Below the pieces are notes generated by a model. The model saw nothing but the letters and a program-made list of their open reading frames with translations, had not been told where the DNA came from and ran no database searches. DNA of 64,000 bases from Octopus vulgaris (Eukaryota): NCBI GenBank assembly GCA_951406725.2, contig OX597815.1, positions 91,512,001-91,576,000 of the forward strand. The letters run 5' to 3'. How positions within the stretch are numbered: the first letter of the stretch is position 1; every line of letters starts with the position of its first letter. A program made the translations under genes and the position numbers. Shown one piece after another: positions 25,622 through 38,672 of this stretch.

Positions 25622-25870
25622 ATCATCATCATCATTTGACATCCACTTTCTATGCTGCCATAGGTTGGATGGTTTGATATGGATCTGGCCAGCCGGGTAG
25701 CTGTCAAGACTCCAAATGTCTGTTGTGGCATGGTTTCTACAGCCGGATACACTTCCTAATGCCAACCACTTTGCAGAGTGTGTTGGGTGCTCTTTATATA
25801 CCACTGGCAGGGGTGGGTGTGTTTACACAGCACCAGCATGAATGCATTTTATGTGGCACTGGCACTGTAA
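25622..25870 (-). mobile_element. RTE-family 3' tail, inverted relative to its neighbour
   Basis: (CAT)n start, tttctacagccggatacacttcctaatgccaaccact. Confidence 0.8.
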
Positions 25871-28376
25871 AGAATAGATGATAAACCACTGCACAAAATT
25901 AGCTTCTGTAAAGATTATAGAGTGAGAATTGGGGGAAATCTGACTGCTATTTCAAGCAGGTAAAGTGACCACTTTCAGACTCTCACTGTTTCATTATGGT
26001 AGTAGTCACAGATTATGGTGGTATGGAGGTAGACATAAGTAAAGCTGAACAACCATGGGATGACTTAAGACATTTTACTCCCTTTTATTTGCAATTCCTT
26101 TTATTACTTTTTTATTACTTTTTATCATTCCTATCTTTGTTCAAATACAATGGAGTTGACTTCTAAGGTATTTTATAATAGTTTTTATGTTTTCATAGTG
26201 GGAAATAAACTAATTCTTCTTCAACTTTGTTTGTTTGTGTGTGTGTGTGTGTGTGTTAATGTATTTGTTTTGCAAGATTCTTGATGTGAAATCATGTGTT
26301 GAAACAGATGTTGTTATACTTGGAGATGGTTCATATTTTATGAATTAAACACATGCCCTATATATTTGGTCATGATTTCAGAATAAGCAGAACAAGAAGA
26401 GACACGTGGGATAGAGAGTCACTGAAGGAGTCACAGGATGTGTGATGAAAGAACTTTAACAAAGAAACCAAAATATTAATAATAAGGCTGAAGTAAAGTC
26501 CAAATACATAGCGCATGAGTTTAATTGGCAAAATATTACCATCCCAAAGTATAACATTGTGTGTGTGTGTGTGTTAACTAGAGGTGCATAAAGAGTTGAT
26601 TGAAAGATATGTATGTACACTTATATTTAACACATTTATGTACACTCGGACTTGGAAAGATCTTTGTTGTGAAAATAGTCTTGAGGGAAAAAATTTTCTG
26701 TATATATCTGTGTGTGTGTGTGTAATTCTATGTGGACATTATTATTCATATTGACTACACTCATTTTTGAGTAACTGCTGTTATTTCCTTTTGAGTATGT
26801 AATTCCAGGGAGCTGGACCATGATGCTAAAAAAAAAAAATGGGAAATAAAGATACTCCTAAAGACAGATCTAACAATATCTGTTTAGCTATTAACAATAG
26901 TCTTGAGTTGGAATAATCAACCTCTTGTAGAAATAAAATAATGAATTTGAAAAAGCAAATAAATAAATAGATAAATAGAAAAACCCGTTGAAACAACAAC
27001 AGTGTGTTTTATTTCTTTCGACTTTTGATACAGTTTTCATTTAATTCACTTGCCTAGACTCTCTTCTTATATATTAATAATCAAAGAAATAATTTCAAGT
27101 AGAAAAATCACGCTATACAGGATTGCGTACAGTGCAGCCAGTAAAAACAACAACAAGAATGAAAAAGAAACGATAATAAAATACAAAAGTGTTTACTTGG
27201 ATTGAACTGGTGTTTGAATGAGCAGCTTAACTAATATAAAGTGACATTTGATATTAAATATTGATTGTTATGTGGGAGGTAGTTTGACTGGGTGAGCAAG
27301 CGGGAAGGCAGCTGGGATGTTTTATAAGAAATATTAACATGGATAAAAGATTAACTAGGAAACACAGAAAATGGTGTACTTTTTTTTTCTTGTTATTCAT
27401 TTAGTTTTTTTTTTTTGTTTTTGTTTTTGTTTTGTTTTTTTTTTTTTGTATTTTTGGTGTTATTGTTATAATTTCATATTTGGATTAGGAAATAAAAACA
27501 GAAGTTTAAAATATGTTGAAGTAAAAACATAAAACAAATTAACATAGCTTAACATATAATTCCCATTTTCTTTAACCAGTTGTTTATTTTTGCTCATGTT
27601 TGTTGTTGCTGTTGCTATTGTTTCACAATATGCATGTGTGCTTGTGTTTCTTCGATTGTCGCCATCAGCAACAATAACATCAACACCAGTATATTGAACT
27701 TTCATCCACTCTCAGTTCTGCACTAAAATCTCTTTACCTTTGGGCCTTTGTGAGAGTGTGCGTGTCTGTGTGTATGTGTGAGAGTGTGCGCGCGTGTGTG
27801 TGTGTGTATGGACATAAAAAGTGTTTCTAATTAGCTTCATTATGAATTGGTGTAAAACTAATCTGGATGCTCCGCAACATTATGTCACATGTTTATGTTA
27901 TGACGCCTGCATTACATATATATATATACACCATGTTGCTGCTTATTAGTGTGCACTTAGGCACCGCATAAATGAACTCATCTATATCTCTGTCATTTTT
28001 CTTCTGTTTCACTCTCTTTTTCTTTCTCTGTCTCTTATTCATTCCACACATACACACACACACAGTTTTTCTCTGTTTTTCTCTTTTCTCTTTCTGTTTT
28101 CCACTCTCCGTTTATCCATGATGTTACTCTCTTCCCCTTCAGCCATCTCCTCTCCATTATCTATTCTTGAAATTTTACTTCCTACCGTTTTTCTTCTTTA
28201 TCTATCTTCTTCCACCTACCTATCTCTGCTTGTTTCACATCTTTTTATTTTTTTTCATTCATTCACCATGCTACCTATCCTCAGTCATTCTCTTAACCAT
28301 ATTTTTAACACACTCTTTCCTTTCGCCTCTCTTTCTTCTCTACTTTTCTCTATGATCCCAACTTTGTGATCGGCTG

Positions 28377-28608
28377 TTAACTCTTCAGCACTTAAACTGT
28401 CCATTTCTGGCCAAAATAATTTACCTGTTTCATCTTCAAACTGACCAGGTCCCACCTGTCACACTTACCCTACAATGTCATTATGAAAATCAACAATCAC
28501 ATATTTGAAATCTCCAAGCTATGGGATAATTAATGCCTGACTAATTCAGATCAATGTGAATAAATAAACACTGCATTTGACAGAGAAATCTGAATGCTAA
28601 AGAGTTAA
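28377..28608. mobile_element. piggyBac-type MITE
   Basis: TTAA ctcttcagca ... tgctaaagag TTAA: short TIRs plus TTAA target duplication, 224-bp non-coding body. Confidence 0.78.
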
Positions 28609-28953
28609 ATGAGCAAATTCATTACTTCTATAATTCAGAGTCTATACCATCATCTCGTCATCATCATCATCATCATTATCATCATGCAAACATGGGTTGG
28701 AAGGGTCTTTACAGGTTTAATTTGGAGTTAATCTCATAAACAGGTTAGAGATCATACCTTGCCAAGGTATTACATTTTCTTTTTTCTTTAAATGGTTTCT
28801 CTGGTGCTGATGGTTCTATCATGATACAACTGTTTCAAACCCGCCCCCACCATCTTCTCAGATCAAATCACTTATCATAAAAGTATGTGTGTATGCACAT
28901 GCATGTGTGTGTGTGTGTATATAATATATATATATATATATACACACACATCA

Positions 28954-28954
<1 letters not shown>

Positions 28955-28985
<31 letters not shown>

Positions 28986-29245
28986 TCTTTTTTATCTCAG
29001 GTTTTGTTCTAACTCCTGGAGTCTTGCATGCATAGCAGGCTTGCTGCCTGCAGCCTATGGTACCATGCTAACTGTTCTTTTCACCTATCTAATACTTTCC
29101 TGATTATTCTGGCTATGCCAAGGAGGCAAACCTTTTGTATTAACAACAGTTCTACTGGGCATTGTATTCTGATTTCCTTTATATTTCTCTTTATGCCTTC
29201 TGATATTGTCCCCAAGAACCCAACAATAATTGCCATTATTATTGT
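28955..29245 (-). mobile_element. R4/Dong-like RLE retrotransposon 3' end with (TAA)n tail
   Basis: IIVGFLGTISEGIKRNIKEIRIQCPVELLLIQKVCLLGIARIIRKVLDR*, ~90-nt UTR, then (TAA)n. Confidence 0.8.
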
Positions 29246-29289
29246 TGTCATTGTTGTTGTTGCTGCTGCTGCTGCTGCCGCCACCACCC

Positions 29290-29590
29290 TTGCACAGCTT
29301 TTAACACTGGAGATGTACAATGGTGTCAGCTGTTCACTACCAGTGAACTAAGGTAACACCTCTTATTTTTTGAGCACCTTCTGGAGTATTCGAGTGGTTC
29401 CAAGCAGTGCTGTTTTCTGCAAGTGCTCCACCCCTATTGCAACCTCTATTTGTTCCAAGTACTTCTCAAGATTTTTACTCACTGTTCCCAGGGCTCCGAC
29501 AATTATTGGTACCACTACCACCTTTTTCATCGACCACAACTGCTTTACCTCCCAAGCTAACCTGTCATACCTATTAACTTTTCTTTCTTC
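29290..29590 (-). mobile_element. Second R4/Dong-like RLE retrotransposon 3' end
   Basis: Open frame EERKVNRYDRLAWEVKQLWSMKKVVVVPIIVGALGTVSKNLEKYLEQI..HLQKTALLGTTRILQKVLKK*, stop at 29363-29365. Confidence 0.88.
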
Positions 29591-30384
29591 CTCACATGTA
29601 CCTTGTTGTCAGCTGGATGAGTTATGGGGAGTTTTGACAGAAAACAGAATGTGTGTGAGGGGTTCATGATAATAAATGACATGCCTGTTCTTGTGAATTG
29701 CCATTATGAAGTTGAGGCTTCTCCTCATTGCAAATATGAGTTGTACTTTGCTAGAAACAGAAAAATCAGATTATCAATGGAGGGATGTATACTTATATAA
29801 AAAAAATCAATGAACTGAAGGGACAAACAAAATTCAGCAAGGCACAGTAACATGCAACAATGATTGAGAAATCATATAACACTTGAATGTACAGTCCATG
29901 GTCATTGTCATCAGCTACATACAAATATCTTTGCCTGTAGCAAAGTTATTTAAAACCATTATTGTTGTAATTGGGCAATAGTAACAGTTCTCCACTGTGT
30001 ATGAGTTAAAAGACTCAAGCAGTTAGGGCAGTTATAAAGTAACATCAGCTGGACACATGGCAGTTTTAAACTATTAACATCTTCACATAAAGGATACATA
30101 GACCTGACTTGACCCAATCAGGTGGAAACACCTCTTTCACAATTTACCAACAATTTTGGCTTGCTTCCACATCTTTATAATTATTGTTCTTCACTTTACA
30201 GTGCTTGGGTGTCCAGTGTTAGGTTTTCTATTTTCATTTTTTTTTTCTTAGCTAGAATATAATGACCATTATATTCTAGCTACTAGACCACAAGGTGCAA
30301 TATGTTCTTGCACATCTTATCCAGGCTTATTGATTTATTCACACACACACACACACACACACTCATATATATTGATATATAGAT

Positions 30385-30625
30385 GCAGGTATGACTGTGT
30401 GGTTGAGAAGTTTGTTACCCAATCTCATGGTTATAGATTTAGTCACACTGCATGGTACCTTGGCTAAGTGTCTTCTATTATAATCCCAGGCCAACTAAAG
30501 CCTTGTATTTGGATTTGGTAGACAAATACTGAAAGAAGCCTATCTTATATGTCTATATGTAAGTTTGTGTGTGAATATGTATGTTTCTGATGCCTGTCTT
30601 GACATCACAATTGTTATAAATGAAT
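30385..30625 (+). mobile_element. CORE-like tRNA SINE, degenerate
   Basis: gcaggtatgactgtgtggttgagaagtt...accttggctaagtgtcttcta...ggatttggtagac. Confidence 0.75.
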
Positions 30626-30797
30626 ATACCACACACACACACACACACAATATAAGGACAAAAGAAGGCACACTGCCTATTTCTAATGCAGATTTGCTGC
30701 AAAGGTTTCCTGATGCTGAGCAATTTGAAGACAGTTATAGCTCTGGCAGTTACATGAAGAAAGAGGCACTACTTTATATTGTTGTCTTCATACACAT

Positions 30798-31012
30798 CCT
30801 TTTCTACTCTAGGCTCAAGGCCTGCAATTTTTAGGGGAGGGGGCCAGTCGATTAGACCGACCCCAGTACACAACTGGTACTTAATTTATCAACCTCGAAA
30901 GGATGAAAGGCAAAGTCGACCTTGGCGGAATTTGAACTCAGAACATAAAGACAGACGAGATACCACTAAGCATTTTGCCTGGCATGCTAACGTTTCTGCC
31001 AGCTCACCACCT
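30798..31012 (-). mobile_element. Meta-like tRNA SINE with 13-bp TSD
   Basis: tcttcatacacat at 30785-30797 and 31017-31029. Confidence 0.9.
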
Positions 31013-31444
31013 TTCATCTTCATACACATATGACCATACCAACATGCCCAGTTCTTCTCTCAATACAATTGCATTCAATTTCTCTTGGTACATTTGTATA
31101 TGCATACTAACATTGCAAATCCAGTGGAACATACTAGCTTCATTTTGTTCTAGTCTTCATATATCCTCTACATTCATAACCCATGGTGTTCATCTTGCTC
31201 TGATATATATTATGTTTTTAACACAACAAATTTATGAAGAGTTTTTATCTCAGACAATTCAATACCATCGAGCCTTCCAACAGTCTGCATATATTTAGTA
31301 CGATATACAGATGTATGATATACAGATGGCAGTTTCATAACACTTGACATAAAGCCACTTTCCTCTCTCCCACTTTGTTATAGATGTTTTTCCCCTTTTC
31401 CCATTTCCATTCTTTTTCTATTTTGCTATTTACTTGGTGACCTC

Positions 31445-31695
31445 ACTAGTGCTGGTGACACACAAAAAAGCCACTCTGTACACACTGTAAGATAGTTGGC
31501 ATTAGGAAGGGCATCCAACCATAGAAACCATGCCAAAACTGACTCTGGAGTTCACAGGCCTGCTGCTCATTAGATTCTGTCAAAATATCCAACCCATACC
31601 AGCAGATGTTAAAAGATGATGATGATGATGATATATATATATATATATGTTTATACATATATATATATATGTGTGTGTATATATATATGTGTGTA

Positions 31696-31734
<39 letters not shown>

Positions 31735-31955
31735 ATGTATGTATATATGTATATAAATGTATTTGTGTATATATGTGTGTATATATATATATGTATGTGT
31801 GTATATATGTGTGTATGTATATATATATGTGTGTGTGTGTATGTATATATATGACTGGCCTGGTGCAGCCTTCGAGCTTGCCAGACCCCAGTTGAACCGT
31901 CCAACCCATGCTAGCATGGAAAGCGGATGTTAAACGATGATGATGTATGATGATG
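31445..31955 (+). mobile_element. Two RTE-family 3' tails separated by a microsatellite
   Basis: aggaagggcatccaacc...(GAT)n at 31445-31630; ccaacccatgctagcatggaaagcggatgttaaacgatgatg at 31855-31955. Confidence 0.8.
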
Positions 31956-33542
31956 TATGTATATGTGTATATATGTGTGTGTGTGTGTATATATATGTGC
32001 ACATATGTATATATATATATGTATGTACACACACATACGCACATTTGAGTGCATATATATGTATTCTTATGTTCACATAAGTTTACAGTTGATAAATAAT
32101 CCTTACCAATAATATCTTTGTGTGTGTGTATGTGTGTGTGTGTGTGTGTGTTCATGTGTGTAATATTTTTATGTGTATAAAGTACACTGATAACGGCTTT
32201 ACCAGGGACTTGGTTCCAACTAAGAACCCTCAGATAGCCGCCTGGATTAAGATTGTTTTGATATACTTTGCTTCTGTTTTTCTTCTCCTTTAAACTTTAT
32301 TGATTGCCATAAAAACCTATATTTGTAGATGCCAGCTTAAACTGAAGCCAAAAACACTATTGCTCTTGCACGTCAAAGGGTTTTATTTTATTTTATTTTT
32401 TTAATCATAATAATTATTCTTGTTGTTTCCCTCTCCTCCTCCTCCCTCTTCTTCTTCTTCATATCATCATCATCATCATCATCACAACCATTTTTGTTAG
32501 AAACTCAACTATAAGAATCAATAATGCATCGCAGCTTATTATCTTTGGCCCAATAATCTTGACATATCGCTTTAATGATATGAAGCTCCAGCATTGCCAT
32601 ATCTAGTTCTGAACTTTCATCTCCACAGCCACACCACCACCACCACATCCTCCCCCTCCTCCTTACTGGCTCCCTAACAACAACCAAAACCTTCCAATAT
32701 TTGTTACATAATTGCTTTCCGTCTCCAATTTCGTTTTGCCTTGCACCAACAATTTTAAACTTATATGTGTGTATATTGCTTTATTTATGTATTTGGGCAT
32801 GTGTGTTTACAAATGTGTATACATACACACATCTGTGTGCATATATATATATGTATATACACACACACATACACACTCACATAATGCTCGGTGCATTGAT
32901 TGTGTTTTTACATCCACCATGAAGACTGGTTTCATAGCAAAACTATAGATAATTGATGGGCTTTGAACCCTACAGCTAAGTAGCTGCCTTGGTTTACAGC
33001 AAATTGTAAGAGCACCAGTGTAAGAGGAGTAATTTTTGAAGGTATTTTGATATATTTATCTACAACTGCCATATTGTTAGAATATCTAGGTACCTCAGAT
33101 CATAAACCTGTACTGGCGAAGCCCATCATCCCAGTGTACTGGTAGTAATTACACAAGTGGAAAATTTGGAGCACCAGAAGAACATACATTGAGTACATAA
33201 TATACCATGTTAAATTAGCAACTGATCAATTATTTGGTGGGGAAAAGTTTTCCTGAGAAGAATGCACTCAGTTACATCATTTGTGTACAAGGTCATGGAT
33301 AATTGTACCCTATGGAAAATTATTAATAAATAAACTAAATACAAAAAAGTAGATGTCAATGCTTTCGTCAGTGACAAACACAGAAAGAGCATCAAGAATA
33401 ACATACCATTCCTTCTGTCAATTAAAGAATCATAATACTTCGGAGAACAGAGTCTGGCAAAAAATAATGCAATTCCAAGCTGGAATGAACCCTGGCAAAC
33501 AGTAATATACACAACAAATAGTGACTCATTATAAGCCCTGCT

Positions 33543-33596
<54 letters not shown>

Positions 33597-33708
33597 TGCA
33601 CACACACACATACACATACACGCACACGTGCGCATGCACATACATACATAGTTTATTGTTCTGTTAAAGTAAGATCAACAAAAAAATGCCTCATCTAGTA
33701 AAAGATAA

Positions 33709-33915
33709 ATATTGTTAGATATACACAGTATATGTATAAGTGCTACTAATAGTTTCTTGCTGTGAAGACATGTGTCTAAGCAGGTTTTATAATGTGCCTT
33801 GTGAAGATTACTTTGAGACAGGAGTCTCCTTATAAAAACCAACCTAGTCATTGTCTTCACAGCAAGGAACTATTAGTAGCTCTTATCTTTATAGTCTGTA
33901 CATCAAATGAAATAT
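33709..33915. repeat. Imperfect fold-back (MITE-like palindrome)
   Basis: 33736-33770 pairs with 33852-33886 (33/35); looser pairing extends on both sides. Confidence 0.85.
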
Positions 33916-33919
33916 ATAT

Positions 33920-34260
33920 TTGCTTCCCACCCACATGGTTATGGGTTCAGTTCCACTGCATGGCACCTTGGGTAAGTGTCTTCTACTATAGCCTTGGGCC
34001 AACCAGAGCCTTGTGAGTGGATTTGGTAGACGGAAACTGAAAGATGCCTGTTGTATATATATGTATGTATGTATGTGTGTGTGTGTGTGTGTGTGTCTTT
34101 GTGTCTGGGTTGTTGGTATGTTTATGTCTCTGTAACTTAGGGGTTCAGCAAAAGAGACTGATAGAATAAGTACCAGGCTTAAAAAAAATAAGTCCAGGAG
34201 TCGATTTGTTCAGCTAAAAGGTGGTGCTCCAGCATGGCTGCAGTCACATGACTGAAACAA
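33920..34260 (+). mobile_element. CORE-like tRNA SINE, 5'-clipped
   Basis: gggttcagttccactgcatggcaccttgggtaagtgtcttctact...ggtgctccagcatggctgcagtcacatgactgaaacaa. Confidence 0.88.
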
Positions 34261-36789
34261 TATATTGTAGGAAAATGTCAGCTATCAAGCACTGATGATG
34301 AACCACCAAACATCTTACAATTTTATGCTACAATGCTATTGACTGTTATCTTGAAAACAAAGAACATCTTAAAGATGAAGTAACAACTTAAAGTTAATAA
34401 AGCCACTTATACTAACCAAATTCTAGCTAAAGTCCAATATGAATGCTGAATGAATTAGTCAGGCGCTAGGTTAATATTCTCCTCTGTGCTTTACTTACTA
34501 ATTATCTCTAAACCAGTGGGAGACTTCTCAGAGATTCTTATAAATATAAATTCATATCAATCTAAATCTTCACTCAACATTATCACCAAAGTAATAGAAT
34601 CAGAAGTCTACAAACAATTTCAAAATAGTGGGTCAATACATTTCATGTTGGCAAGGACTTTCTCATTCTTATTCAGACATATGACACCTGAATGTAGGTC
34701 AGAAATTATGTATCCAAAGCCTTGAATATTGCAAAAAACTTATGGTAAAGTTTGGCACAACAGTCTCTGCATCAAGCTAAACATCAAGCAGCTACACAGG
34801 AAACTGCTAAGGTGATTGGGTGATTGCAAAGCTACCTGAATAAATGATCCATTAAAGTCACTGTTACAGATCACTGATTGGTTGCATAACTCAAATCGTC
34901 AGTCCTGCAAAGTTTAATATTTGATCTAAGTTTTCAAAGTTTTTTTTTTTCATTATATACTCTTATTAATGCCTGTAAAAACTCATTGTTTTTGAGTGCT
35001 CATGTCTCCATGCAATTTGCACCATTAAGATATGCAAGCAAAACTTGCATATCTTATGCTACAGCTATCTTAACTAGAAATCTCATCAAAAGGAAATCTT
35101 GAATAGATGAATGGATGGAGAAATTTGAACTTTCAAAGTGCAGTCATGGTTTTATCAAGAAAAACAGTTTGATCGAGTCTTGAATAACACTTCAGGAAAA
35201 GTTAGCTATGAAAAAAGAACTTGAAAATTTTTAGGTTACCAGGAAAAATATATCATCACTATCTGTAATAAAAATAGTCCAAGGTTTGAATTACTATGCT
35301 AAAACATAAATGAGCATTACTTGCAAAATGCACATTCATAACATCATACTCAGTCACCTCAGTTCCACCCTAAAGAAAGCTCTCTTGGGTTCATCACATT
35401 TGAGAGAACTGCAGCTACCCAAAATATTTATCATTAACAGCCTGTAATACAAGAAACCGATTACTGCAACAACAAAATGCACACAAGCATATAATGCATT
35501 ACAACACAGATCTGTGCTGCTACAACACTGAAAAAAATGCATGATGCCAAGACTTACATACTGAGCTGAAGATTCTCATTCCAACATGAAAAGCAAACTT
35601 CTAGAATCAGTCAACATATCCTTTCAACCAATCAAATATAAATTTAAAAAGTAAGTACACAAGAACTCTGGTAGTACACCCATGCTAGCAGTCCCACCCA
35701 TGCTAGCATGGAAGGCAAATGTAAAATGATGATGATCATCATCATGATCATGATGACAATGATGATGATGATGATGATGAAGTTCCAGGTTTTAAAAAAA
35801 AGAACTAGGGTTGATTCATTCAACCAAAAATTCTTGAAGGTGGTGCTCCAGCATGGTCACAGTTGAATGACTGAAACAAGCAAAAGTTAAAAGATAAACC
35901 AGCTATAAGTTTTAACCTTAGAAGGAAAGGTAAGAATGATAAACTCTACTGCCAAAGACAAGACTCTTCGTTCTCAAGTGGGGCTCAGAAATATGATTAC
36001 CTTGCTGACAAAATCTTACAGAGGTTAAAGAATTTCTGCCTTGTTCTCTGGACTATGATTCTTTTAATATAAAAAAAGTACTTATTAAGCCATTGCTCTG
36101 CCATTTAGCTATAAGGTCTTAAATTGAACTAGAGGTAAGCATTTGTGCTTTTCAGATATTCTGTAGAATAAAGTTAGCAGGGTTAGATATTAATTAATCA
36201 CACAAGTAAAAGACAAAAGCAGCAACATTAATTATATTGATGTTGATGATAATAATTACAATAATGATGATGATGATGATGATTTAATAATGCTATTTTA
36301 AAAAAACAAAATAAGCATAACCTTAAATTAATAATATGATTAATGATGATTAAGATGATGATGATATTAATGAAGATAATTATCATAATTATGATGGTGA
36401 TAAACAGAAATTACTGAAGATGATGACAGAAAGTGCCACAAATAACAAAAAATGATAACAACAACAATAATAATAATAGTATTAATATACTATTATTATA
36501 CTATTATTACTATTGTTATGCTATTATTGTAGTTGTTTTCCTTTATTACCAGTGCTTTCTGTCAGTATCTTTAGTAATTTCTTATCATCACCATTATTAT
36601 TATTATTATTATTATTGAGTGAGAGAGCAGTGCATGCCATCAAAGTAATACCGGAGTAAAATATACAAAGCCCAGTGACTATCATGACTACCTGTCTGAT
36701 AAGGGTACGCTAGGCACATGCATCACAACCATATGTGCGCGACATAGTGATTTCATATCAAGATAAACAGCACATGACCTTGCAGGTAT

Positions 36790-36985
36790 TATTATTATTG
36801 TTGTTTTGATTCTCGCTGTTCTATTTGCAGTTGTCCTTTACTTCAAAGCAGGCAATAACAAATCATCAAAGGTTTCAAGTAGTGCCTTCTCCTGTGACTC
36901 AAAGAGACAATATACTCCTTAGAATGTGAGCTCTACCCAACAATGCTGTCTTCTGAATCACTTCAAGCCTGACAGCAGCTTGAAG
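36790..36985 (-). mobile_element. R4/Dong-like RLE 3' end relic
   Basis: LEVIQKTALLGRAHILRSILSL*, short UTR, (AAT)n tail. Confidence 0.75.
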
Positions 36986-37370
36986 GCAAGAATCTTTAAC
37001 ATGCTTGACAAAATGGTTAGCAGCATTTCATCCATCTTTACATTCTGAGTTCAAATTCCACTGATAAAATTCAGGGCTGATAAAATAAGTACCAGTTGAA
37101 CACTGAGGTCTATGTAATCAACTTGCCTGGAATTTCAGGCCTAATGTCTATAGTAGAAAGGATTATTATTAAGGCATCAAGCTGGCAGAATTATTAGCAT
37201 GCTGGACAAAATGCTTCATGGCATTTTTTCTAGTTTTACATTCTAAGTTCAAATTACACCATAGTCAGCTTTGTCTTTCATCCTTTTAGGTTTGATAAAG
37301 TAAGTTCTAGTTGAGCACTGGGGTCAATGCTATTGACTAGCCCCCTCCCACAAAATTTCAGGCCTTCTTG
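36985..37370 (+). mobile_element. Two tandem Meta-like SINEs
   Basis: gttcaaatt and ataa.(a/g)taagt..cagttga.cactg each occur twice, joined by (ATT)n at about 37165. Confidence 0.8.
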
Positions 37371-37699
37371 TTATTATCATATATATATATATCAGTTAAT
37401 AAACCGTATGGTATACACCGGGTAGTTAACTAGTAAAGCACTTTCACTTTCTCAGTGTTTGATGATATTTGATTAGTGAGAGAGATGGAAGATAGAAGAA
37501 AGTTTATTGACCACTGCAATTTTGTTGACCCATCTAGCATCAATCCCTTACAAGTGGGATACTGAACATCTAATTTAGGTGTGTCTGTCAGTGTAGATGT
37601 GTCTCCTCAGTGATTACAAGATGTATCTTATTAAAATAATGGCTGTTCCACAAGATTTCTTCTTGATATTTGTATACAAAAGCAGCAAATATATATATT

Positions 37700-38553
37700 G
37701 AGGGTGCAATGGGTAAACTGTTGCCATTTTATATATTTGATTTTATATATGCATATTGTTTGGTTTTGATTTTGTCAAATATACAGTATAGTAGGGTCAG
37801 ATAGGCACCATCTGTGAGAAAAACAGCACCATAATGCAATTCACTCTGCCAGAAATTTGGAAACAACATACTGTACTTCTTGGTATTCGTGCCGGAAGCT
37901 CCAATATGAACATTTCAGTGTTTGGGTGTCAATCTGCTGACATTGCATGCACTGCGAGTGATAAAATTCAAACATCCAGTCAACATCATGGTGTTTGGAG
38001 TGACCACTAATGATGGCAACATTATGCCTCCATTCATCTTCCTGCACAGAGGCCTACATCAAGTGCCTGGAGGAGGTAGTGCTGCCTTGTGTCAAGAGGG
38101 TGGCTACTGGAAGACCCTATGTCTGGCAACAAGACTCTGCACCACACAAGCAGGAGAACCTAGTCGTGGATCTCGGACAATTTCTGTGACCACATCACCC
38201 ATAATATCTGGCTACCTTACTCCCTAGACTGCAACCCCTTTGATTGTTATGTGTGAGGCACTGTTGAGTGAGAGTCCAACAAAACTCCTTGTAACACCAA
38301 AGATGAACTGAACTTAAGGATTACAGCAGCATTCATCAACTTAAACAAGGAGACCATCCAGAAGAGTTGCAGTAGATTCCAAAGGCATCTGGAAGCTGTC
38401 GTCGAAGCCAATGGCAATTTTATTGAATAAATTTACTCTTTGGCATTTCAAGATATTTTTATGTAATTTTGGTAAATATATCTGTTAAAATGAGATGTCA
38501 GTGTTATTTTCATTTTTGCATAATTTAGATGACAGTATATTCACCACACCCTG
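37700..38553 (+). mobile_element. DD37D (maT-type) non-autonomous transposon with both termini
   Basis: Termini gagggtgcaatgggtaaactgttgccat / atgacagtatattcaccacaccctg; VIKFKHPVNIMVFGVTTNDGNIMPPFIF, frameshifted WQQDSAP and SLDCNPFDCYV. Confidence 0.9.
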
Positions 38554-38554
38554 T

Positions 38555-38578
38555 GTATGTATGTGTATATATATTATA

Positions 38579-38670
<92 letters not shown>
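38555..38670. repeat. (TA)n microsatellite
   Basis: Directly visible. Confidence 0.95.

Positions 38671-38672
<2 letters not shown>

Noticed and set aside
28822-28865. Minus-strand ctgaga...gaaacagttgta hammerhead-like motif
   Set aside because: Core has a deletion, stem I is out of register and stem II is absent; too degenerate to call.
34440-35640. Possible pogo/Tigger relic (WMEKFE-like peptide)
   Set aside because: No TIRs or continuous homology discernible by eye.
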